Assembly: GCF_001194135.2 (NCBI RefSeq)
Contig: NC_069000.1
Coordinates: 29,814,547 to 29,878,546, forward strand
From: Octopus bimaculoides
Taxonomy: Eukaryota
Length of the DNA stretch: 64,000 nucleotides
Direction: 5' to 3'
Program-made: the position numbers and the translations under genes
In this document: piece after piece, positions 23,250-34,676 of the stretch
Numbering within the stretch: position 1 is the stretch's first letter
Layout: the number at the start of each line of letters is the position of its first letter
The notes under the pieces: generated by a model
The model's input: only the letters and a program-made list of their open reading frames with translations
Database searches by the model: none
What the model was told of the DNA's origin: nothing

Positions 23250-24330
23250 GGACTGGTGTTAAAGCGCTACCTACTAATTGTTTGGGACGAATGCACAATG
23301 GCACACAAGGTGGCTTTTAAGGCATTAGACCGGTCACTCAGAAACATCAGGTAATGTCAAGAACCAAAGAGAGGTGTCACTTCCTGTTATATGGGGACTT
23401 CCAATAGACTCTGCCTGTAATCCCAACAGGTATGCAGGCTGATGAGGTTGGTGCATGCCTTAAGGCCTCCCAACTTTGGCAATATGTAAGAAAGCTGACA
23501 CAACAAATATGAGAGCACAACTGCAAGGTGATGAGACATCAGCAGGTTTAGCTGCTGCCATTTTGTTGTTGGGAGATGGCAAAGTCCCACTTGATGGAAA
23601 TGGTGCCGTGGACCTCACAGGGATTTGCAGATGCATTAAGTCAATTGCTGAGTTACAGATGTCTTTTTCCTAATCTTGAGGAGAACTACACAAATCAAGA
23701 GTGGTTGTGTTAATGCGTAATATTGCCTTCAAAAAACCGCATAGTTGGAAACATCAATGAACAGCTCATGCTGTGCTTGCCTGGAAACCTGCATATCTGC
23801 AAGTCCCTTGACTCTGTGTCTTATCCAGACAAAGTTGTTAATTACCCCACAGAATTTCTTAACTCCTTAGATCCTCCCAGATTGCCACCACACTTATTGT
23901 GACTTAAGAAAGGTGCTCCTGTCATGCTCCTCAGAGATTTGGAACCCCCTAGGCTTTGCAATGGCATGCGTCTGGTCGTCCAAAAGGCGATGCCTCATGT
24001 TATTGAGTGAGGCAACAATACTTACAGGGTGTGGTAAGGGGAATACTGTCTTCATACCAAGGATACCTCTCATTCCATTTGGTAAAGACATTCCTTTCAC
24101 ATTCAGAAGGCTGCAATTCCCTCTCTGGCTCAGTTTCACCATGTCAATTAACAAATCATAGGGTCAGATGCTGATGGTCGTAGGGCTTAATTCAGAAGAA
24201 CTGTGCTTCTCCCATGGTCAACTATATGTTGGCTGCTCTCGGGTAGGGAGCTGACATAACCTATTTGCTTTTGCGACTTGCAAGAAAACCCAAAATATAG
24301 TCTATAAGGAAGTTTAGTAGGCTCCCTATT
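23250..24330 (+). pseudogene. Helitron PIF1-type helicase, C-terminal half, with stops and frameshifts
   Basis: LIVWDECTMAH (Walker B), GDFQ*TLPVIP, TNMR, PTEFLNSLDPP.LPPH...KKGAPVMLLRDL...LCNG, QFPL.LSFTMSINKS*GQ, CFSHGQLYVGCSRVG. Confidence 0.92.
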
Positions 24331-24679
24331 TGCCAACAAATAATCTGTTTTTTTTTTTGTATAAGTGCTTACATTTGCTGTATCTGTGCTATTTTTGTCC
24401 TTTTGACAATAACACGTACGTCTCTGGTTGCTTTTGTTATACATTATAAATGTTCAATGTCTCCATTTTCCACATTTATATGTTGCTATCACGCTTTGCT
24501 ATCAATGTTCTGTAGTTTTAACTCAATTAATCTACTTTTCCCTACATCTTATTTACATATTTTTTTGACATTCCAGCATGATCTTGCCAAGGCTGTTTTT
24601 GTGGCCACTGACTTTTAACATGCTTTTCTAGATTACAACCTCAAATAACAAGCAAAACAAATACGACACACTAAAGTGG

Positions 24680-25000
24680 TGTGAAGGACTTCTTAAGGGC
24701 CATCACCTCTAATTGGAGTCGTCTTTGCTGACAGCTCTGCCACTGGGACTTTTAAGAATGAACAATCCAAGGTCCTCTTCAGGGCCACCAAGTTTAAATT
24801 GTTACCGTTGGATTCATCTTTGCTGGCAGCACTACCACTGAGATAATTCAAAGTGAACGTTAAAAGGTCCTCTTCAAGGCCACCAACTATAAATTGTTAT
24901 CACTGGATTCATCTTTGCTGGCAGCACAACTGCAGAGATGTTTCGTAGTGAACGTTCAAAGGCCCTCTTTAGGGTCAACACCTGTAAATTGTTACTTCTA
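24680..25000. repeat. 95-bp tandem repeat (about 3.5 units) in the Helitron 3' region
   Basis: GG(T/C)CCTCTT at 24771, 24866 and 24961. GGATTCATCTTTGCTGGCAGCAC is repeated. Confidence 0.85.
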
Positions 25001-25490
25001 TAGTTGTGTTTGAAGGAAGTCTTTCAGTTCATTTGAGTGACTACTCCATTGAGAGTTATACCTGGCAACGCCGGGTACTTCTGCTAGTACAAGCTAAAGT
25101 AATGCTAAGTATTGTGTTTATAAGGTGGAGTGGGGTGGGGGTCATACAGCACTATCACAGTATAGTAGGGTGGGATAACACTGGGCCATCTGGAGTGGGG
25201 TAATACAGTACCTTCACCATATGATGAAATGGTGTAATACAGGAAAATCCCTGTATAATGAGGTAACACAGGGCCATCTCTGTTATAGTGAAATGGTGTA
25301 ATACAAGATTACCACTATCATTTGTTACTTCTCAAATATATATAAATATTTGTGGGTCTTATTGTAAAGAGTGGGGCTGAGTGAGCTCATGAAATCATAT
25401 CTTTCAATTCAAATTCTGTAAGAACAGGATTTATGCTTTGATGGCTTCTCAAATATTCAAATACTGTACATTTGTTTTGCTTATATCCAG

Positions 25491-25611
25491 GTTCTGGGCT
25501 ACTGTGATAACATTTCTTGTTGCTAATAATGCAGTTCCTTGGCATTTGAGGGAGAAAATTGTCAATGGAGTTGAGATATTTATTGACTTTTATGCACATT
25601 TAGTGTTTTTG
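25491..25611 (+). CDS. TMEM145: TMEM145 exon
   Basis: atatccag|G...TTG|gtgagt, phase 2-0. Reads (W)FWATVITFLVANNAVPWHLREKIVNGVEIFIDFYAHLVFL (cf. IPKWAREKIVNG...YAHGVFL). Confidence 0.95.
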
Positions 25612-25840
25612 GTGAGTATGGCTCCTTCTCCATCATCTTATCCTTTTTGTCTTCATCAGTGTAGCTTATTGGATTATATGCTGGACATTCCACTTCAGCC
25701 ATCTGACCTTGTATGAACTAAATGGTTGTTTGAGAATGTTTCAGCTACTCCATCATTACCTCATCCGTCACAGCTTCCACTTCATCCTTCCTCCTATCTC
25801 GGCCAGTTTGACTGATAACTGTGTCATTTTCTTATTCCAG

Positions 25841-25900
25841 TTCCTCACCAGTCCTGTCTTGATCAACAGAATCTTCCCATTTCACATCAAAACCTCTCAA
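25841..25900 (+). CDS. TMEM145: TMEM145 exon
   Basis: cttattccag|TTC...CAA|gtaaga, phase 0-0. Reads FLTSPVLINRIFPFHIKTSQ (cf. [20 protein letters not shown]). Confidence 0.9.
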
Positions 25901-26909
25901 GTAAGATCACTGTTTTTACCATTGACTCTACTCTTTCAGTTCCTCATTATCCACTGAATGTTATTTTATTTTGCATTAGTCAGGAGGGGGAAGGGTTGTA
26001 CCCAATGATCCTTTATAGGACCTCTGAGATTGATGGCAGGAAATGGAGGGAAATATCCTCTAAATGGGAACCTGACCCAAATGCTTTCAACTGAGTGTAT
26101 CATGTTAAAGATACCCCAGGATCAGGTAATGGTGTTAAGCTGGCAACAGATTAAGAGTAATCAGCCAAATAGTCAGTAATTTAAACTTGGAATGCAAACA
26201 ATTGGAATAAATACCACAAAACATCGTCTGTGATGTTCTAATGATTCTGTCAGCTTATCACACTTCAGACTGCAACGTTATCAATCTCAGAATGATGACT
26301 GACAAAATTGACCTTAGCAAGCTTTGAATTCAGAACACAAGAAGCTAGCATAAATACTACAAAGTAATTTGTCTGCTACTCAAATGCCTCTGTAATTTGC
26401 CACCTTATAATCATCCTTGTTTTACCTCTGTTTTCCCATGCTAGCATGGGTTGGAGGGGTCTATTCTGATATAGCATCTGACCAGATAGTGTAGTCAGTC
26501 ATCATTTGGTTCAAGGTCATAAATCAGTAAGGGATAAGTATAGTTATTTGAATTCAACCAGTATATTACTGGTACTTAACAAATCTTGAGAATTAAATGG
26601 TAAATGACAGTACTTGAGCAATATCTTCCATTGTACCTGTCTTATCTTGTTGTTGTGGTTCCTTGTTGTTTATCAATATTTATTGATTGGTTGAAGGCAG
26701 TGAAGTGGCAGAATTGTTAGCACACCAGGCGAAACACTTAGTGGCATTTTGTCTCTGTTTGTGTTCTGAGTTCAAATTCTGCCGGGGTCTACCTTGCCTT
26801 TCATCCTTTCAGGGTAGATAAAATAATGGACTAAACCCCCTTTCCTGAGCTTGTTGGCCTTGTGCCAAAATTTGGAACCAGTATTTATTGATTGGTTGTT
26901 TCTTATCAG

Positions 26910-27116
26910 ATTTGTCCAGTTGAAGATGGTGACTGTATATCTGGAGGAGGAGAGGGTGATATACAAAATATCCAACTATCAACTGTGTCTCATTCATATA
27001 TCATGGACCGAGGACCAAACATAGCCAATTTATTTGTTACCAGTCACACACTCTCTACAAAACCTGGTCAAACTGCAGTGTCCCCTGAGAGTCTTCTCAC
27101 AAGACCAGTGATGCCG
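26910..27116 (+). CDS. TMEM145: TMEM145 exon (cytoplasmic tail)
   Basis: ttcttatcag|ATT...CCG|gtaagt, phase 0-0. Reads ICPVEDGD...HSYIMDRGPNIANLFVT..., with weak similarity to H.Y....PNFTELF. Confidence 0.8.
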
Positions 27117-30013
27117 GTAAGTATTGAGACTCAAACCTTTCTATTATTGTTGCAGTTGAAGTTATTGTTAAATCCCAGCTGGCAAAAATGTGTAGTATTT
27201 GTATTTCAAGGGTCCAGCCTTGTCACACTGAATCTCCCTGAGAACTACATAAAGGGTACACGTATCTGTGGAGGAGTGTTCAGCTACTTTCACATTAATT
27301 CCACGAACAGGCTCTTCTGTTGGTTGGATCAATTGGAACCCTCATCATCGTAACTGATGGAGTGTTAGTATATTCATCTTTAAGGTCAACTCTGAATGAG
27401 CAGGTTTATGATCAAAGACCATCCTTTCTTTCTTCTGGCTTAATGCATTTTGGGTTACATTTTTCACTGTCCTTTTTCCATTTAAGGTAGATGAGTATGG
27501 TTTGCAGGAGATTGGTTGCTCCTTTTAGCAGCTTGAGCAACCATATAGTAGCTCCTCTCCTCAGTTTGAAACCTTTCATTTTGGATCTGGTGGGAATGGT
27601 GGTGGTGGTGGTATGATTCACTGGTTTGTTGTGATATCACTGGCTTTGCTTTGTCTTTGTCTGATGGTGTTTGTTGCTGAGCAGCTAGAGATCAAGCCTA
27701 GTTGAGAAGACATATGATCAAAGGTATTTCAACCATGACCATCCTGTCTTATTCAGGAATGTAGTGTTTCTAGGACAGTTTTATCCAATGTAATTTTTTT
27801 TATGATGGTAGAATTTAATATGAGGGAGGATTTGGTTGCTATTTCTAGCAGGTTGAGGGCTAGCCATATCTGGCTAAAATATTCTACCTGTTAATCTATC
27901 TTAAAATCAGACAGATCTGGCCTCTCACACCTACCGTACAATGTCATTTTAAAAATAAACAATCACATAATCGAAATCTCAAAACCATAAGATAATGCAT
28001 GATTGATTCAAAACAATGTGAACAAATAAGCGTTACATTTGGCAGAATAAGCTGAATGCCAAATGGTTAAGGACTTGGCTTTATGAGTGTAGATAAAACA
28101 GGTTAACCTGTAAAAACAATGTTCCCTGAAGGCTGTACTGAAAGAAGAAATTGGACCTCAAACAACAAAGTAATGAAGGGCTTCACTCAAGGACACAGCA
28201 AAGAAATGTATTTCTTCTTGTTACATGGTTAAAGCAGTGAACTGTATCACTACATGGTGTCTATTTACAGCTGGGTGAACAGGATATTTGGCTGGCAATC
28301 ATAAGGTTGTGAGTTCAATTTCCAGTGGTGCACTGTGTTCTTGAGCTAGATACTTTATTTCATGTTGCTCCAGTCCACTCAGCTGACAAAAATGAGTAGA
28401 ACCTGTATTTCAAAAGGGCCAGCTTTGTCACATTCTGCTGAAGTATCATCATCATCATCATTTAACATCCATTGTCCAGGCTGGCATGGGTTGGATGGTT
28501 TGACCAGGGCTGGCCAGCTGGGGGAGCTGCACCAGACTTCTGTGTCTGATTTGGCCTGGTTTTTACAGCTGGATGCCCTTCCTAAGGCCAACTACTTTAC
28601 AGTGTGTCGTGGGTGCTTTTACATGGCACCCACAGGCACTTTTGTGTGGCACTGCACGAGCGCTTTTACACTCCCTGAGAACTATGTTGAGGCTATGTGC
28701 ATCTGGAGTGCTCAGCCACTTGCACATTAATTTCATGAGCAAGCTGTTCTGTTGATTGGATCAACTGGAACCCTCGTCATAGTAACCGATGAAGTGCCAG
28801 TTAGATAAAACAGAGTCCAGTTGTGCACTTTCTCTCCCTGTTGTACCTCTAAGCAGTTAGATTAGAGGAAACAAACGTACAGATGGTCACCTCATCATGA
28901 ATGACCTTACAGAGCTTATAAGCTGTGACTGATTGCTTGTATTATCTTTTACCTTTTACTTGTTTCAGGCATTAGACCATGGCCATGCTGGGACATCACC
29001 TTGAAGAACTTGTAGTTGAACGAATCAACCTCAGTACTAATTTTTTAAAGCCCGATACTTAGTCTGTCGGTCCCTTTTGTTGAACTGCTAAATTATGGGT
29101 ATGTAAACACCAACACCGGTCATCAAGTGGGGGGAGTTGGAGCTCACATACGACAGGCTTCTTTCAGTTTCCTTCTACCAAATCCATTTACAAGACTTTT
29201 GGTTGGCCCAAGGCTATAGTAGAAGTCGCCCAAGGTGCCACACAGTGGGATTGAACCTAAAACCATGTTGTTGGGAAGCAAGCTTCTTATCACACAGCCA
29301 TGCCTATAACAAGTTCGTGCTAGAGTGATTTGAACTCGGAGCATAAAGAACCAGTTATAATCGCTTGGCACATTTTTGGTTGACAGTCTTACGATTCTGC
29401 CAGCCTGTCCTTAAATATTGAAAAATCAAAGAAGGAAAAAATGTGATTTGTTGTTGAGTTTAAAGGATGCTGAGTTACTGAGCTTAAGTATTTGAAAGGA
29501 TATACCTGGATTTCAGCTTATTCAGCCCTACTACATTGATATGTTAGGATTCACGAGATGGATTATAAGAGAGAGCTACTCTGAGTAGCTCTTAACACCA
29601 GCAACAAGGCTCTCTACAGGTCACATGACACATGTAGGTTAGACTTTCATTCTATTGAGACTCTCTATCTGAGCTTTTGTCTGTCTACCCATCTATCCAT
29701 CCACCTGTCTACCTTTCTGTCTGTCTGTCCTTTCTGTCTGTCTGTCTATCTACCTACCTACCCGTCTGTCTGTTTAAGATCTTTTAAAAATTAAAATATT
29801 CTTAAACTTTTGAAACTCCTGAAACTACTAAAACCCTTAAAACTAAAACTTCCATATCCCTAAGTCAATCACAAAAATTAAACTTCCTCATTCTTCATTT
29901 CACCATTTTTTCTGTTTTTAACTTATTTGGTTATAATATTTCACCCACTTCCTTTAACTTTCCAAACTCTCCTACTTACAGCATTATCGTTTTGTCTTAC
30001 TATACTATAAATG

Positions 30014-30061
<48 letters not shown>

Positions 30062-30984
30062 GTTCTCTGTAGGTTTACACCCTGGAATGTAAAGAGCTGT
30101 GAAATCAATTTTAATAATTTGTTGAAGCAAAAGGTAGGAGACGGAGTAAAATTATTAAGTTCACAATTTAATTATCTAACTATCCATTCAGTATATAGAG
30201 CCTGTAGAATGCAGCCTTGGTATTCTGAGGTATTTTCCCTCAGGTCTATTATATTCTAATGTGGTGCATTGGATTGGAACATACACATTGTTTGGCCTCA
30301 AGTCTGACCTGATTGAGTAGATCTGTCATTTAAGTCTTCCAGCCATGACCATCGTACATTTTCCGACAAAGTGTATCTACGACTACATTATCTATTGCCA
30401 TTTCTTTTTATAACAGTAGGGTAGGATCTACATAAGATGTAGCTGTTATTTCTAGCAGGTCGAGTGACCATGGAGACATTCCTTTATAGACTTACTTGGA
30501 GGTTCTTTTAGCAGCCGTGAAGGCGAAGTGAACACTAAAGGAAAAAAACTCTTGCTTGTCAGATAAATTAGGTTATTTCCCTTGCTACGACTAACGCCAT
30601 CAGTTACCAGGAATAGTTGCAGTGACATGCATAGCATGGCGAAGCTGTATGCATTGTCAGTATTACACTGACATCCATATAACCATGGTATCAGGCACTT
30701 CCTGACATGCGATGTATGTCAATGTCTAGCAGAGCATATATCAGGTTCTAAAACATTGGAAAAAGAGAACATAAGTGTATCCTAGCTGTGATTTGTGTCC
30801 TTAATACAGGCCATATTATTATAGTCCTCCATCCCTATCACCATATAAAAATGTATGGAATCTGCAGAATGATACAATCCTTGTTAGTAAAAAAAAAAAC
30901 AATTACACATTTGAATGAATTGATATTATATTTACTAAGTTTTGTGCCAATATAAGAAATCATTATTAGGGAGATGTATTCATA

Positions 30985-31420
30985 AAGCATAGGACTAGAT
31001 GCTGCAGGCTTCTCATCCCAGCTTGAACCAGCAGGGCTAGACCAAGGGGAAGTAAAAGGCCTGACGGTATGACAGTTTTCCTGTTCCATGGCAGTAGGCC
31101 CTTTATTTGGGATACCACATGCTGTGACACCTTTATCAGCAGCAACTGGGTGTGTTCAACCCAAGCTCCACTGCTCATCAGGCTGAGAAAAGCAAGCTGT
31201 CTCAGTATCTGTTGCTTACCAACAGGTTTATGGTTAAGTCTGTGGCAGTGGAGATCTCCCACATTCTTGGTCCCTGGACCATATTCTTGCACACTGCTAT
31301 CGGGGCAGAAATGGCTATCTGTGAGTGCAAGTGCTGTGAGTCAGAGTGACTGTTCCAGTGCGTCTCCCTTGTCATCCTCAGGGCAACACATTTTCCAGGC
31401 AGTCTGAATTGCAGGAAATT
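30985..31420 (+). mobile_element. CRE-like non-LTR retrotransposon 3' fragment (restriction-like endonuclease)
   Basis: KRPDGMTVF...G.RPFIWDTTCCDTF, AEKSKLSQY, AVE, AIG.EMA...ESE*LFQ.VSLVILRA. Confidence 0.72.
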
Positions 31421-33480
31421 GAGAGAATGCCTTGAAGAATTGTGTTTTAGTGTAGAAATGCAGAAACATCCCGTACTCTTATCAACACAATATAAAAACA
31501 CTACAAATTATCCAGAGGGGAGGTATAAGATTCCATCCCCAAACTCTGCTTAATACAGAAGAAAACATTTTGGCAATCATTGTCAGCATTAGAGTTGGAA
31601 TCATCATCATTTAATGTCCATTTTCCATGCTGGCATGTGTTGGATGGTTCAATCAAAGCTGGTAAGGCCAGGGACTGGATGCCCTTCCCAACACCAACTA
31701 CTCCAGAGAGTGTACTGGGTACTTTTAATGTGACACCAGCACTGATATCAATTTTGCTGTGGAGGCCTTTAACAAATTTACCCATACTATCTATGTGATA
31801 CATCATAGAACAGGTTGGCACTAGATCTGGGTTTGATTGATTTCCAATCAATATAGATCAGTCTAAAGCATACCACAGTGTTGATATCACTTACTGGGTG
31901 CTATACAAAGCAGAACTGGCTTTGGTTTCATCTTCAGAGGCTGAATCCTTACACTGTCAATCTAAAGCAAAAGATGTTTAAAGTTTATTTATATAAACTC
32001 TATCCAAAAACTCTTGACAGAAATCTAGATGTCAAGAATACAATGTTCAGGATAACACTTTTCCAAATTAATGTAAGGAATTTCCATCATCATCGTTTAA
32101 CGTCCCCCTTCCATGCACCAGACTTCTATGTCTGTTTTGGCATGGTTTTATAGCTGGAAGCTCTTAAAACCACCCACCCTGCAGAGTGGACTGAGTGCTT
32201 TTTGTGGCACCAGCACAGGCAAGGTCGATTTTGGCATGGTTTTTACAGCTGGATGCCCTTCCAAATGCCAATCGCTTTACAGTGTAGACTGGATGCTTTT
32301 TATGTGGCACCAGCACTGACAGAGTCACCAAATAACTTCCAAGACAAAAAAAACCTTTGTGAGGGGAGAGGGCATTGGAGGAGGTGATCTTGTGTCACAT
32401 GATGAAAGGTTAGAGTGTGACAGAGAAACAGAAACAGGTGTCTTGCTGTAGAGGAGGTACATGGTTACCCAGCCAGAGAGAGAGGGAGAGAGAGATAAAA
32501 ATGAGGACAGAGACAGGTGTACTACTGTAAAGGAGATACAGGGTTACCCAGCCAGAGAGATGAGCAAGAGAAGGAGAGAAAGTGATAAAAAATGAGTGCA
32601 GAAATAGGTGCTGAAAAAAAAAATTGAGATATATAGACCAGTCTTCTATATCTAGTTTTTTGTATTCTACTTTCTACTGTTCTGATTCATTGTTTTGTTT
32701 TACAATACATTTTACTTGAAATATAAAAATATTCCATACGATATTTTGTAGTGTTTAGTAAAATATCTATTTCACAGGATTTCCTGTTTTTTTTTTTTTT
32801 AGTAACAAGTATTTTTTTATATATTCCTATGGCAAAAAATATATTGTATTTTAGAGAATGCTCTATTCACATTTTCCTTTTATTAAAAAAATTGTAAAAC
32901 ATTCTTCTATTTCATGGAAATGTCTTTTGTTGTAATTTGCCAATAAATTTTTTATATATATTAATGAAACAATTGTAGATTAATGCAATTGTGTTATACA
33001 ATTCATGACATTTGCTGTTTAGTTTTGTAAGAATATGAATCGTGTGACCTGGAAACAAATTGTCGTTAAAAATATGACTGCATTCTCAATGTCCTCATTT
33101 TGGTCAATATTGTTATTATCTAAAGAACAACCTTTCCCTTTGTGTACATATACTCGTGTATATAATTGTATTTACACATGCAAGTATTATTCTGAACAAA
33201 GTAAAGAGTACTCAATACAATTGTAGAGTACAAATATAATAAAGTGACTACTATGCTAATGCAAACAAATTTATGATATTTGAAATATTTCAAATACAAA
33301 TTGTGTAAATTTAGCTGTAAAACAGAATATGTAGGTGCTGGTGTGGCTGTGTGGTATGAAGTCTGCTTCCCAACCACATGGCACCTTGGGTAAGTGTCTT
33401 CTACTATAGCTTTGGGTCCCCCAAAGCCTTGTGAGTGGATTTGATACATGGAAACTGAAAGAACTTGTTGTATATGTGTG

Positions 33481-33511
<31 letters not shown>

Positions 33512-33741
33512 TTGTCTCCCCACACCCCATCAATTACAACTAGTGTTAGTCTGTTTATGTCCCTATAACTTAGCAGTTCAGCAAAAGAAGCCGATAGAAT
33601 AAGTACCATATAATGGGGTTGATTCATTTGACTAAAAGTTCTTTGAGGTTGTGTCCCAGCATGACTGTAGTCTAATGAATGAAGCAAATCAAGTATTTGA
33701 TCTGAAAAAATTTTTCTTTTGTCTTTTTTTTGCTGTTTCAG

Positions 33742-33864
33742 CTTCCAGCTACAAGTGTTAGCTCAAGAGACACATCCCTTACAGATGTCCTTCCTCCTGG
33801 TGCAAGGAAACCATCACCTCCACCATCCTATGATGTGCTCTTTAAGGCCAAAGGTGGCAGCTAA
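33742..33864 (+). CDS. TMEM145: TMEM145 probable terminal coding exon
   Basis: Strong acceptor tttttttgctgtttcag|CTT in phase 0. Reads LPATSVSSRDTSLTDVLPPGARKPSPPPSYDVLFKAKGGS* (41 codons). AATAAA at 33899-33904. Assigned by phase and position, not by recognised homology. Confidence 0.7.
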   Translation, partial: LPATSVSSRDTSLTDVLPPGARKPSPPPSYDVLFKAKGGS

Positions 33865-34499
33865 AAGTTGGTTAAAAAAAAAAAGAAAAGGAACTAAAAA
33901 TAAATGAAGAGAGAGTTATGCTTTTTCAGGATGAAAACTGGACAATCTCTACATGGCCTTTGGTAGTGTGGTTAAATATTTTTCCTCCTAGATTTCTCAT
34001 AACACTATATAATTCAATCTAGCCTACATTGCTTGGCTAAAAGTATGGAAGGGACAGGGTGACATTTGTCCTCTTTATTTTAATGAAAGTTTTTTTTAAT
34101 ACATATTTCAGTTTTTTTTTTTATTTGCAAAAATATAATTTTTCAGATGAGATTATTTAATGTGAACCAACTGTGACAATGAGGAATTTGTACCTTCCAA
34201 CATCATCAGAAGTGGTGTTAAAATCTTTGCAACGATCTATGCATAATATGCACATTAAAAACAAAAGTCTATATATATATATATACATACAATTTTTTTC
34301 TGGTGAAGGAACTTATCTGAACTATGGTAGGTTAAAGAAAAATGACCTGTATTCCTTGATCTTTGCTTTCTAACCTTCTTTTGTTTAGTCCTGTCTTTTT
34401 TTATTGTTCTGAGTTCAAATCTTACTGGGGTTGTCTCTGCCTTTCAGTCTTCCAAGGGTTGATAAAATAAATACAAGTAATATGCCATGGTTCTTTTTT

Positions 34500-34676
34500 T
34501 TAAACCCTTTTAACGTTTAAACTGGACCAACATTTTCTGCCTGTTTTATGTTCAAACTGGTCTCTCACACTTTCCTAACAATGTCATTCTAAAAATAAAT
34601 AATCAAATCATTGAAATCTCAAAGCTATGGGGTAAATGAACATTACATCTGACAGATCTGAATGCTTAAGGGTTAA
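34500..34676. mobile_element. TTAA-flanked MITE (piggyBac-like); related copies at about 27860-28070, 34880-35050, 41078-41276; a second TTAA family at about 13346-13563
   Basis: Ends TTAAACCCTTT...AAGGGTTAA, with a shared CCTCTCACAC..ACAATGTCATTCTAAAAATAAA core. Confidence 0.65.

Larger units (their letters stand above)
21520..25087 (+). mobile_element. Helitron, internally deleted, both termini intact (3,568 bp)
   Basis: 5' A|TCTATATATATAATACAGAAG. 3' hairpin ACCTGGC-AAC-GCCGGGT (25060-25076) followed by ACTTCTGCTAG|T. Inserted at an AT target and carries helicase remnants. Lies in a TMEM145 intron. Confidence 0.92.

Noticed and set aside
29572-29592. AGAGCTACTC-T-GAGTAGCTCT palindrome
   Set aside because: A single isolated 10-bp inverted repeat with no associated structure; can arise by chance or local repair in 64 kb.
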